From: Entomortierella parvispora E1425
Lineage: Eukaryota; Fungi; Mortierellomycota
Length of the DNA stretch: 64,000 nt
Direction: 5' to 3'
Assembly (NCBI GenBank): GCA_020891255.1
Contig: BQFW01000008.1
Coordinates: 1,116,001 to 1,180,000 of the forward strand
Position 1 is the first letter of the stretch. Every line of letters starts with the position of its first letter. The translations under genes and the position numbers were made by a program. Positions 48,801 through 60,218 of the stretch are shown one piece after another. The notes under the pieces are model-generated. The model was not told the DNA's origin. It saw nothing but the letters and a program-made list of their open reading frames with translations, and did not search any database.

Positions 48801-49909
48801 TGGGGTTCATGGCATACGGGCTCGAGTAGGGATAGCCAGTTTCGAACCACCACACACAACTGTCCGCGGTGATGGTGGGGGATGAGCCAATGCCAAGGTC
48901 TCCAGGAACAACGTACCAATTGACGTGTTGAATGGTTGCGTCCTTATCGGCATGAGGGATATCAGCGCCTGGGGAGGTGGGGAAATCGACGACCTGCGTG
49001 GAGGTGGAAGGTACAAGAGGGAAACCGCGCGCAGTCATTGCATCCACATCCGAGCAAAGTAGGTAGTCTGTTTGGTAGTCGAGAATTTAAAAATAAGAAT
49101 GTCAACACGTCGATGCATGGTCAGTTTATCGCTGAATGCAGGGGTGGACAAAAGGCCAACAGGGCAGGGCTGTTTGTTGAACATGGGCTTTTTTCCGCTT
49201 ATTTTTTTCCTTATTGCGCGGTTGTGCTCAAAATAATGACTGTACCTGAAGGGGTGTTGAGGTTATTGATGAGATGGGTGATAACGATGCCCATGGCACC
49301 TGCGATCAAGACCATGAGGATAGGACAAAGCCCAATGCAGCAGACGTTGACAAAGACTTGGCGGCGTTGGAACGAAAGAGTTTTACGACCCTGCATAGGA
49401 CAGATGGGCACAAGTAAAACAGATTTGCATAGAAATATAGAAATGCACAAAAAAAAAAAAAGGGTCAATCAAAGTCCGAGGGTGGATCCTGGGTTCCAGG
49501 TACCAAACGAATCAAAGAAATCATCCGCTCGCCCGGATCGTGTGTCACTTACAAGGGCTCGGAACTGGTACGACTTGCGCCCTGAGCGAGGTGAGTTCTG
49601 GAGCGCAGGGAGGTCGGCGCCATTGACGCGGCTATCATCAGAGCCGGTGGAGGTGATGATCGTGACTACGGTGAGAGAGAATGAGGGGTAAAGGGGAGAG
49701 AAAGAAAAGTATCGGTCAAGGAGGTGCGCATGCAACGTCTTTCTTCATTTTCACTAGCAGTAGGAGGAGTAGAGTCGACGGGGGGGAAAGGGTCCTGCAT
49801 GCAAGCACAGTGGTGCTATTCAAGGGATGGGGAATGGCGAGGGCAAGGTACCTTCATCCTTGCCATTGGCATTGCCAGGCAAGGGCTGGTCACTGTGGCT
49901 CTGATTCAT
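45865..49909 (-). CDS. ABCA-subfamily ABC transporter, single TMD-NBD (half-size)
   Basis: ATG 49909. TM1 (VNVCCIGLCPILMVL), a large ectodomain, LVKEKEDRILVMMRMSGL, five further helices, then Walker A GPNGAGKTS, CPQHDILWDDLTVGEHL, signature LSGGEKRRLSIA, Walker B VFLDEPTTGLD and LTTHSMEEAE. Confidence 0.93.
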
Positions 49910-50575
49910 GGACAGGGGAAGGACAGGGGAGGAAGGAAGGGGTGAGAGTGGAGAGTGTTGTGTGTATGTTGCAGTGAGATAGAGAAGACAGGGTCAGACG
50001 GACAGACAGGCAGACAGACAGAGAAGAGAAGAGGAAGGAGGGGGAGAACAAGGAGGTAGAAGTGGAGGTGGAATCAGAATCGCCAATGGACAAGCGAATG
50101 AATGAATGAATGAATGGCCGACTGACTGACTGACAAGAAAGGAGGAGAAAAGCCCAAGAGACGTTTCTTGGCTAGAGATATGGCTGAGGTTGAGGTGGAC
50201 TCGAAATAGCCTTTGCGTAGCCTTGTCAAGTTGTTATCCAGCTCGATCGGAAAATACTGTCCATGAAAGAGTCGATCGCACGAGAGAAACACGACAGACT
50301 GGAGACAAGGAACATCCCCAGGGAGAGAAAGAGAAACTCTCTGAGCGCAAAAAACTTGTTTGTTGCGTTGGGTGAATCGACTGTGGATGTACCCTCCTGC
50401 TCTTCTTGGCAGGCTGTGGTTGAGCTGAACTGATTCAGGCGGTGCCTGGCCAGTGCTTTTGCTGGCTTCAATTGCGTTTATTTGAAGATTAGAAGACTTT
50501 TTTATTGTTTGTGCCACCGCCACACAACGTTGTGGACTAACTTGGGTTACTAACTTGACGCACGACGGGCGGGGT

Positions 50576-52078
50576 TCATCCGTGCTGCCAGAACGTACCC
50601 TTGTCGCCCACAAGCGCCACCTTCTCCAGCTCCTCAATCTCTTGCTCTGTCAAACGCCAGCCAAGGGCTTGAGCGTTCTGACGCGCCTGTTCTGGGTTGC
50701 GTGCGCCTCCCAAGGGAATTGTACCCTTGCACATCACGTAGTTCAGAGCAACGGCCGTCATGGGCTTGTCGTGTTCCTTGGAGATCTTCTCCATCACCGC
50801 CAACAAAGGTGTCAATTCCTTCATGGGGTAGTTGGAGAATCGACGCTTGGCCGAGGGAGGGTTCTCAGCAGAGTACTTGCCGCTGAGTCGACCCTGTCCC
50901 AGGGGAGAGTAGGCCAGGACAGCCACGCCGAGTTCGTGGCACTTTGCAATCAGACCCGATGTCTCGGGGTAGCGGCGAATAAGCGAAAACTCGACTTGGT
51001 TGGACGCCAATTGGATGCCATGTTTGGCCAAAGCGGCATGCATGCGGACTGTTTGCTCAGCAGAGTAGTTGGACACACCCACAGTCCGGACCAGGCCCTG
51101 TTTCACAGCCTCGGCCAAGGCATCCGCTATTGCATTGAAGGAAAGCGAGAAACACACAGAGGACAGGTAAAGAAGAATGAAAAAAAGAGTCAATAAAAAT
51201 CGCACAACTGACAACTCAGACACATACACGCAACAAAAAAAAAAAAAAAAAAGACAAATTGTCTCAAAAATCATCTCTTCGTCATTCTTACCGACCACCT
51301 CGATGGACCGGATGTGGATAGGACCATGGATCTGGTAAAGGTCCACAATATCGACTCCGAGTCGGTCCATGGAACCCTTCAGTGCGCTGAGGAGACAGCC
51401 TGGGTACGAGAGCTTCCAAGGCCAAGGCAGGAACTTTGTGGCAATCACAGGCTGGACGGTCTTGCCTTCCTCCTTTGACTTTTTCAAGAGACGCCCGATA
51501 ATGTTTTCAGACTCTCCTTTGCCATAGATTTCGGCCGTGTCGAAAAAGTTGATCCCCGAGGACTCGTCTTGAAGGGCATCCCAGGTCTTGGCAATATCAT
51601 CAAACATCTCGGGCTTGTAATTCCATGTGGCATCCTAGGAACGGTTCGTTTTGAAAGAGAAAGGACGTGCCCGCCACCAAAAAAAAGGACTGCGGTGAGT
51701 GGCACAGCCGTTGTTGTGAAGAATCCTAGGAAAAAAATAAGTAGTACTTACACCCCAAGCCCAAGTGCCAATGGCCATTGGTGACACGGAGAGAGTACCG
51801 GCCAGGGTCAGCCTGGTCTCGGTAGTGGGCACACCCTGGACGTAGATGATACCCTCGGCTTGAGGGTTGTTAACGGGGGCGCTGTCGGTTGCGATGACCA
51901 TGGTGGGTGTAGTAGTGGCTGTAGTAGCAATAGGTTGTGTGGAAAAAGATTGCAAGCAGATAAGGCGAGAGGGAGCAGTAAAGGAAGGAGTATAACGGAA
52001 AGAAGAAAGAAGAAAAGAAGAAGGATGGCGTGATGAACGGAGGGATGAGCGCAATGAACCGAGCGATGAGATCAGCAT
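50576..52078 (-). CDS. Aldo/keto reductase (AKR superfamily), possible N-terminal mitochondrial extension
   Basis: Motifs MAIGTWAWGD, FFDTAEIYG, IATKFLP, SMDRLGVDIVDLYQIHGP, VGVSNY, NQVEFSL, AYSPLGQGRL, VALNY and ALGWRL. Two in-frame ATGs (52078 and 51901). Confidence 0.92.
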
Positions 52079-52431
52079 GTGGCAAGTGAAAAAAAAAGAG
52101 CAGAGAGAGGGGGTCTAATCCTTGTTTTCTCGCTTGTGCTGATGACGGCGACCTTGCGCGCGTCGATCGCCCGATCGCACGTTTTTTTATCTTTTATTTT
52201 TTTAGCCGCTCCGAGAAACATATACTCTGGCCCGAATCTCGATCGCGCCTCTCTATCATTCGTTCCTTTTGCGGGGCAGGGTCATACTGGACCAGACTAG
52301 GCCATTGCGAGATCGTGGATCAACGGACTGACTGCCGTGGCTGTGGTAGTAATAGTAATTGGTATGTCTGTTTTTTATTTCTTATGTTGCGTGGATCTGC
52401 TTGGCCAACGCGCTGGATTGTTTGCATTTCT

Positions 52432-53702
52432 TTAGAACATGGATCCTGCCATTCGGGTGATACCTCTGCTCACCAGGCCACCCATCAAACCACCAGCACC
52501 AGAGCCGCCCAGCATGTTGGAGGCGAAACCAGACGCCCACTTTTGCTTTGCATCCTTGTCGCATTGAGTGTATCCAATCACATTGGCAAAGTTCAATGCC
52601 AGAGCCACGGCAACAATCAACAGCCACTTGAGCTTGAAGGTCAAGATGCAAAGGACGCCAAAGACCACCCAAACTGCAGGTGCAACATAGAGTCCTGTCC
52701 AGAAAAGGCGCGAGTCCACTGGGTTAAGGGGGCGGCTTGACTGGAATTCAAGAAAACGTAGGCAAACGGCCAAGAAACTATTAGACATGGGGAAAACACG
52801 AGTTACAAATTAACCCTTAATCCATGATACTTACGTCGCGCGACTCAAAGAGCCAGGTGGTAGTGCCATCCTCCTTGTTCTCGCTCCACCAACGGAGACC
52901 GACCAACAGACGACCAGAGACGTTCTTGACGGTCCAGAAATCAAAGACCAGCATCAGTACGCACAGGACAAAGATCAACACAAAGTTGTCTGTGAACCAG
53001 GTTCCGAAAAAGTACGTGCAAATGGCTCCGATGCGGAAGAGAAAGTGAAAAATGAGGCATACGGGATGGCTAAGGGTGAGGTGAAAGAGAGAGAGAAATC
53101 CAGGGTGGTCAGTGGGCACGTCCAGACTGTTGTTCCTCAAGTGTCCTGTCCTGATCTGATAGACATGCCCATTGCACAATTGACCACGTAGTCGAAAGCA
53201 AAGAGCATGTCCGTTCCAGGATAGTTTGATTAAAGAGGAGATCCTGGTCCTGGTCCTGGTCCTGGTTCTGGTCGTGGTCCTTGTCCTGGTCTCTGTTCTT
53301 GTCCTGGCTCTTCCCTGTCACATCTGGAATCACTTTAGAACATAACAGACCGAGCTGAAGATCCAGCTTTTTTCCTTGGCAAAAAGGGGAAAGCGCCAAG
53401 AGAATATTGGGTCGAGATGAATGGGTCCTGCTGTGGCGCATACCTCGATTGCTTCAAAATGGAGGGCTGGTTTCCAGTTTCGAGATCTGGCTCAAGGGTA
53501 TTAATTCCCATCGGCTGTGCATCCGACAAGAGATTCTGTCTGTCTGTGGTGGCCTAGAAAAAGAAAAGGAGGTATGAGCATGCATGCAAATGTGAAGTCA
53601 AGTCAATAAATGCTGGTTCCATGATGGAGACAAGGGGAAGGAGGGAAGAAAGAAACATGGAGAGAAATGGGAGTATGCATATCATCCGAGCGCGCATACC
53701 AT
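52432..53702 (-). CDS. TVP23: Golgi membrane protein TVP23 (DUF846)
   Basis: Exons 53702-53700 (ATG only), 53553-53444, 53069-52835 and 52740-52432. Motifs SHPVCLIFHFLFR, DFWTVKNVSGRLLVGLRWW, WLFESR, LFWTGLY and ANVIGY. Confidence 0.92.
53243..53307 (+). repeat. Degenerate hexanucleotide repeat (CCTGGT)n in TVP23 intron 2
   Basis: cctggtcctggtcctggtcctggttctggtcgtggtccttgtcctggt... Confidence 0.8.
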
Positions 53703-54106
53703 CGCTGATGTGGGTGGTGATGAATATGAATAGGGAAAGGAAAGGAAGGCTCGCCGGTCAAAGAAAGAGGGATGGATGGGAGTAATGAGGAGAGGGAGCG
53801 AAAGAAAGAAAGAAAGACGATATTGCAGTATTGCAGTATTGCAGTATGACAGCACCCTCACACTCACACTCGAGAGAGAGAGAGAGAGCACACAGAGCGC
53901 GAAATGCGAAATAAGGGGGGAGCATTCATATCGACCCAGTCACGGAAAATGTGCTGTCTTTTGTCCGCTCTTCCTTGTTGCAAACAGCCATGGCACCATG
54001 GCAGGGTGCACTACAGCACTACAGTACGTAGCAACGGTGGTGTCAATGGACAGCCAGACAGCCAAGGACACGGTGCTCTGCAGCAAACGACAGCATCTTG
54101 CTTCTC

Positions 54107-54162
54107 TTGCTTGCCGGCTTGCTTGCTTGCTTGCCTTGCTTGCCTTGCTTGCCTTGCTTGCT
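54107..54162 (+). repeat. (CTTG/CCTTG)n simple repeat in the TVP23-ARP9 divergent intergenic region
   Basis: cttgcttgcttgcttgccttgcttgccttgcttgccttgcttgctt. Confidence 0.8.
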
Positions 54163-54291
54163 TATATACACGTCCAACCAAGTCGATATATCACGTGACC
54201 AGATGCGGTCTGTTTTCTTGCGGGATGATCTGCCCTTTCCCCTCTCATCCATTCCTCTTGACTTCATCAACCAACAACACAAACACCCGCA

Positions 54292-56139
54292 ATGGCGCTC
54301 AGGGAAGAAAACTTTGTCGTGCTCCACTCTGGCTCATGGACCACAAAGGCTGGCATCAATGTCGTCGACACAAACAAGCCCCCAAGCGTGGTAAGGCGCC
54401 ATCGTGCATCGAATGCAAACAAACAGAGAATGAACAAGAGCGCACGCGTTTGTGATACTGGTGGAGGACTTCAGCACTGACCCTTTGAATCTCTCTATTG
54501 CTCTAGACGATACGGTCTCTTGTTGGAGCTAGAACCGTTGCGGCAGAACCCATGGACGAGACAGAGTCAGAAACACCTTCAAAGCCTGTCGAATCCGTAA
54601 CGGAGACTGCATCTGAAATCTCAGAGGACCAGGATATCAAGGAGGAGAAGGAAGAAAAGCCAGAGACTAAAGCTACGGATGCCTCAGAGGCAGGCGAAGA
54701 GTCAAAGGACCAGGACTCCTCCAGACCAAGCGTCGTTTACTACAGCGGAAGTGCCTTAACGGAGGCTATGCAACAATTCCCCGAGTCCGAGCTTACAATC
54801 ACCACACCTCTCCAGGATGGCGTTGTGAAGGATTGGGCAGCGATGGAGGCTTTATGGCAAGTCAGCAGACTGCAATGTATTCTTCCCACTCCTTTTCCCT
54901 TTCCAGGTGCCAGAGGAACTTACAATTTTCAATGATAATTTGGGATGTTTTAATAGGCGTCACACTCTCTTCCGGGAATTGGGCATCAAGCGATCACGTA
55001 ACGCCTCTCCTGTGCTTATGGTCGTCCCCTCTGACTGGACAAAGGAAGAACATGAGCGCATCACCCAGATCTTTTTTGAGAACTTCAATGTGCCTGGCCT
55101 CTACTTGGCCGAGGAGCCACTCATGACGCTTTACGGATGTGCGACCGTAACTGGACTCGTCATTGACATTGGCCATAACTCCACAGGTAGACCTCTATGA
55201 ACATTTCTCTCTTACTAGGCAATCACTCAAAAGACCTTCATCTGATGATATCCATTCTTTTTTTTTTTTTTTTCCAACAAGATATCACTCCCATTATCGA
55301 CACACAAATTCAGAGAAATGCCATTCAAAGCATTCCTTTGGCAGGATCAGATTTCGACTCTTATTTCCTGAGCTTGCTCCAAGCCGACACCCAGCTCGTT
55401 GAGGAATATGGTGAACCATTGGATTTGGAGTTTGCTCGGTACTTGAAGGAGTCGGATATTTGCCAGGTTTTGGGCAAGGATGAAAAGGAAAGCAAGACCC
55501 GTGCCCAAGCAGAATACAAGGGCAAGACTTTTACAGTTGGGTCTGCTAGATACAAGGTGGCAGAGCCCCTTTTCAATCCTGATCTGGTCGGGAAGCGCAT
55601 TTTGAACATCGTGGAGGCGATTCATGCTGCACAGCTGGGCTGCAAAGCTGAGAAACGCCAGTCATTATGGGAGTCGATCATTGTAACAGGAGGATCATGC
55701 CAAATTGCAGGTATGTCCTACCCGAGAAGCCAGGAAGCTGATTTTGCATATCCAATGACAATTGCTAAATATGTGTTGTATATTGCTATCTTTAGGTCTC
55801 CAGGCACGTATTCAGAGTGAAATTGAAGAATCGCTGACTGTCTCAGAGAATTTTGGTGAGTTCCAGGTTCGCGAAGTCAAGTTCTTGAAGATCCCTGACT
55901 ATTTCCCAGCGCTCAAGGACTCTATTGTTCATGCTGGATTCCTCGGCTCGGAGATTGTTGCCAAGGTACGATTTGAGAGAAGAATGTGAAAGGAATGAAT
56001 TATGGCGAGGCGGTTGGTCACTCACAAAGATGTTTTTCTTTTGTCCTATTAGCTGATTTTCCCCGACCCCCGTAACTACATCAACAAGGTTGACTATAAC
56101 GAAAGTGGACCCAGTGTTGTCCACACAAAAACCTTTTAA
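54292..56139 (+). CDS. ARP9: Actin-related protein, Arp9-like (SWI/SNF-RSC)
   Basis: Motifs FVVLHSGSWTTKAG, PLQDGVVKDW..LWRHTLF, FFENFNVPGLY, GLVIDIGH, PLAGSDFD, SLWESIIVTGG, KIPDYF, GFLGSEIVAK and VDYNESGP. Needs one GC-AG intron (54857-54956). Confidence 0.8.
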
Positions 56140-56305
56140 TTTGCTGTGAAAGACAAGAAGAACGAATAAAAAAAAATATCTTCATGACGATCGGACCCTG
56201 AACGCCACCAACAATCCCGCGCAGTGACTCGCTGTCGCTGTCCCTCTCCCTGGCCACAAAACACACAGACTGCAGACATCACTTCCTTGACCATCCCATT
56301 CGACA

Positions 56306-58995
56306 ATGTCGCCATCAGTCATGTCTGCCATCGACGCCACCATCGAACGCCCCCTGGATGCCATTCAGGACCTGTTCTGTAAGGGCTCATTATGCATGGA
56401 CCCAACTTCCCTGCCATCCAGCACTGACTGTTTAACCTGGACCCTCTTTTGTTTGCTATTACATTCATAACAGCCAAGAACTGGACCAAGGAGAATGCGT
56501 CCGAATCCAACGACTTTGGAGTGGCTGCTCATTTCCAGGAGCTCTTTGACACTCGTGAGAAACTGCTCCAGGTACCTCTTGTGCTTGTGCTATGTTTGCT
56601 GCTTGTCCTCAGAATTATGGGGTCTCTTCTAACCCCGTGCTTGGTTGCTCTAGATCCCAAGCTTGGATGCCCAATCGGTCCAACAGCTTCCTGTTCACTC
56701 TTTGGTCAGGTTCAGATGCATGGTGCAGGATACCGATCTCTCTCAGGAGATTGCCCTTTTCAGCTCGATCGTCACCACGCAGCCCGATGGAGAGGAGGTA
56801 TTTTATACATTCAGATAGATTCCTCCTGAATCGTGAAAAGTTCCAAATATCTCACGAAGCTGACCTCCCACACTCTTTGTTTACATAGAAATTGGTCTGC
56901 CATAGATACTCGGATGGACCTCAACAGGATAATGTATGTGTGGCAACCAGTTCAGGAAAACGAGTACTCTCCCAAGAATGTTTGACTGACCTTTTGTTGA
57001 TAGGTGATTGAATGCGTGCCTGACCAGGATATCATGGATCTCAGGAACAGCTATTACTGTGTGTCTGTCCCCGGAGTGTCTGCGTGGGCCAAGGAATACG
57101 ATAACGCAGCTAATCAGCTTTCTCTCGAAGGTATCATGCCGGATATTGACGACAATTGCATGCTGGTTGGTCATGATTGCTGACAAACCAACGCCCTTTT
57201 TAGGCTTGACATTGGACGGAGATGATGCCCCTCAGGTGATCCCTGGAAGATATCCCTTCCCTAGAGCTCAGCATTTTGCGGCTGTCGTAAAGACACATGC
57301 ATCTGACATCAACATTGGAGTTACTGATATGGTCGATGTAATTGGCGTTTTGGGTGCAAGCAACTCAGTGTAAGATTGCTAAGCAGTGCTGCACTGGGAC
57401 AGAGGTTGCTCTGATGTACATGTCTAACAGCAACGTCCTTTGATCCTATAGTATCTCGGGCGATTCCTTTGACTTTAACGAAGAATCCAGTGACTCGCCT
57501 CGCGTACCTACAGTGCATGCTATCACGATGCGCAAGGTGGATGATCATGGACACCCGGATCTTGGAATTAACGGACAGCCATCGAAATCAGACATGGATG
57601 CCTGCCTACAGGACGCTGCAGCTACTCGCAGAGATTTGATGGCCTATCTCACTGATGCTTTGAAAGGGGATGAGCTCGCAGCAGAGCTCGTTCTTTTGCA
57701 CATGTTGGCCAGAGTGTATGTTTTGGGTCCAGGGTGTTTGTCTTTGATTGAACACAAGAAGCTATGATCTAATCGCGAGTGCCTTTCCGATCTTTTAGGT
57801 ACGCAAGGGCTGGCGGCAAAGCACTGGGACAGTTTAGCTTGAATCTTAAGCAAACTGAACTAGACACGACTTTGTGCCAGACACTCGAAAAGATCATGAG
57901 CAACATCCTCCCCAAAGTTCATGCTATTCCGATGACTCTTCAAACATTGAATACCGAGGCGTTCTACCCCAGGAAGGATGACCAGCTGTTGTCTGGATTC
58001 TTGCAGGTGACTCGTGGAACGACACTGGTGTTGGACGAAACTGCACTTGAGGAGGGAACTTTGAACGAACAAGGTAAATAGTGTAGGACATGGATATTCT
58101 GATTACTTGATCGACACCAGCAACTCACAAAAGTATTTGTCACTGGCACTATATCACTTATAGGCTTGAAGAACCTCAGAGCTGTCTCTGGCGTCAGCCA
58201 AAATCAGACCCTCAGTTACATGTTCCCCTTCAACAGCATCGACTTCAATACTGATATCTCCTTGTTGATCGTGTCCCTCGGCAGCTCTTTGGTGCCTGTA
58301 AGAAGATGCGGATGAATCGTGTTGTTTGGGACCTCTACCCTCTATGAATGCATTGTTCCACTGGAACTCACCCCTAGCCCCTCTATTGTTCATAGGTTGA
58401 TTGCGCCATCACGTTGAACCCAGATACTACTAGGACCGAACCCTTGGTAGTACCTTCGGCAGACAAAATTGAAGCCTTCAGAAAGTACGTCAGTGTGTTG
58501 CGCCTGGCCGAGTACACTGTTAGCGAAGAGGTTGCAAAGGTTAGTGCGACACACACCCTTCCTTTTTTTTCTTTTGTAACATGTCCAGGACTGCAGTTGT
58601 GCTCACAAAGTTTCCCGCTCTTCCCGCGCTTTTTTTTTTTTCAAAAAATGTTTGTTTGTGTTGGTTTTTTTTTTTTTTCTGACATTAGGAAATCGAAACC
58701 GATTTTGTGGAGCAACGTAAAGCTGCCAATGCAGCCAAAACAACGCCGATCACACCTGACGAGTTTGCTTTCAATATCTCACTGGCAAGGTATGGAAATG
58801 CGGGCCCCATGCGCAATGCAGCCTTTTACGTTTTTCTGGACGGGATTGTATCTCGGGTATTTGCTAACAGGTTCATCTTTTTTTTCTTTTACCACATCAA
58901 GGATTGTGTCATTGAGTAAGGGAGAGATATCTCTTTCCATGGACAGCTGGGAGCAAGCAGTGTCCCTGGCAAAACAGATCGGTGACCGAAAGTAG
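56306..58995 (+). CDS. MCMBP: Mini-chromosome maintenance complex-binding protein
   Basis: In-phase multi-exon model. Motifs SLVRFRCMVQD, YCVSVPGVSAW, LKGDELAAELVLLH, LGQFSLNL, DQLLSGFLQ, LVLDETALEEGTLNEQG and YMFPFNSIDFNTD. Confidence 0.9.
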
Positions 58996-60218
58996 ATTCA
59001 GACACAGAAAGAAAGGGATGTACCTTTTGGTCAAGGGTCGTCAGTCTTGATCAGATACAACTGGCGAATAAAGGCAGACTCGCTGACCATGTTGCTCCTT
59101 TTCCAATATGGTTTTGTAAAGAATGACTCCTACAACAGTCTGCGAACCTGTGATTTCATTCTCAACGGACGAAAGACTCTTTGTTTTTTTTGTTCTCCTG
59201 TTTTGTTTTGTTTTTTTCGAGTCATGCCATTCGAGCAGACCCCCTATTCTCTTCATGGCTAAAGACGTGTGTGCTCCTGCACCATGCAGGGCCAAGCACA
59301 GTCGATTTGAATTCGATTCAATATTTTGAGAGCACAAAGCAAAGCCTGGCTGACCTGATTGACCTACCGACCACACCCATCGATCTCATGACAGGCAAAT
59401 TCGGGCCAGCCCACCACCTGCAGTGCGCACACCGCACCGCACCGCACAAGAAAAAAAAGCGAAAGGGCAGACAGGGACTGCAAAAGAGCGAGAATGCAAA
59501 GTGTCGACAGTCAGCCCGAACATGGTGCAGCTTTTTCGACCCCGCCTCCACACTCGTGCCAATTGCTGCTGTGGACAACACTCTTCTCCTCCGGCGCATT
59601 GCGGACAGACGGAGGATTGAACCCCCAAGCACGACAGGAGGACACACATCACTGTGCCTTGCAGCCATCCTTTTTGCCGTGTTGTTTCCTCTCCCTTCTC
59701 CCGTGTCTGTTAAGTTTTTTCCCTGTCGTCAAAAGAGAAATCAGCCCGCGGTCGTCCTTCCTCTTCCTTGTTTTATTTTTTTTTTTCCCTTCTCTTTGAC
59801 CTCCCTTTCTTCCCCCGCCGCTGTTTCGTCCTTGCTTGTTGGGTTGTCGTTTTTGTTTATTCTCCTTTCGTCATCAACTCTCCTCTTCTTTCTTCCTTTC
59901 CTTTCCAAACCTTTTGCTCCTTCTTTGTCAGAGTTCCTTTTGTTCACCTCATCCAATCAGTTTGAACCAGCACCCTTGCACTAATCTGAACAGCACTCAA
60001 ACTGCAACAGCAAAGGGAAAGAACCAAAGAAAAAAAGAGAGAGAAAATCAAATACGAACCTGCCTGTTTCGATTCTTGTGGGGTCGGACTCGCTACTAGT
60101 CAATGCCCTCGGCAGACTTTCTTCTTGAACTGTTTGTCCACCCTTCTTGCCCACCTCTTCTTTCCTGTTCATCCACTTCACACCCTGATCCTTTGAGCTA
60201 ACGCTGAATCGCCTCGAC

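Noticed and set aside
22003-52078. Carotenoid oxygenase, aldo/keto reductase and ABC transporter as a trisporoid gene cluster
   Set aside because: They are spread over about 30 kb with housekeeping genes between them. The AKR has the GTWAWG-type N-terminus rather than that of the xylose-reductase-like Tsp1, and no sexP/sexM, tptA or rnhA gene is present.
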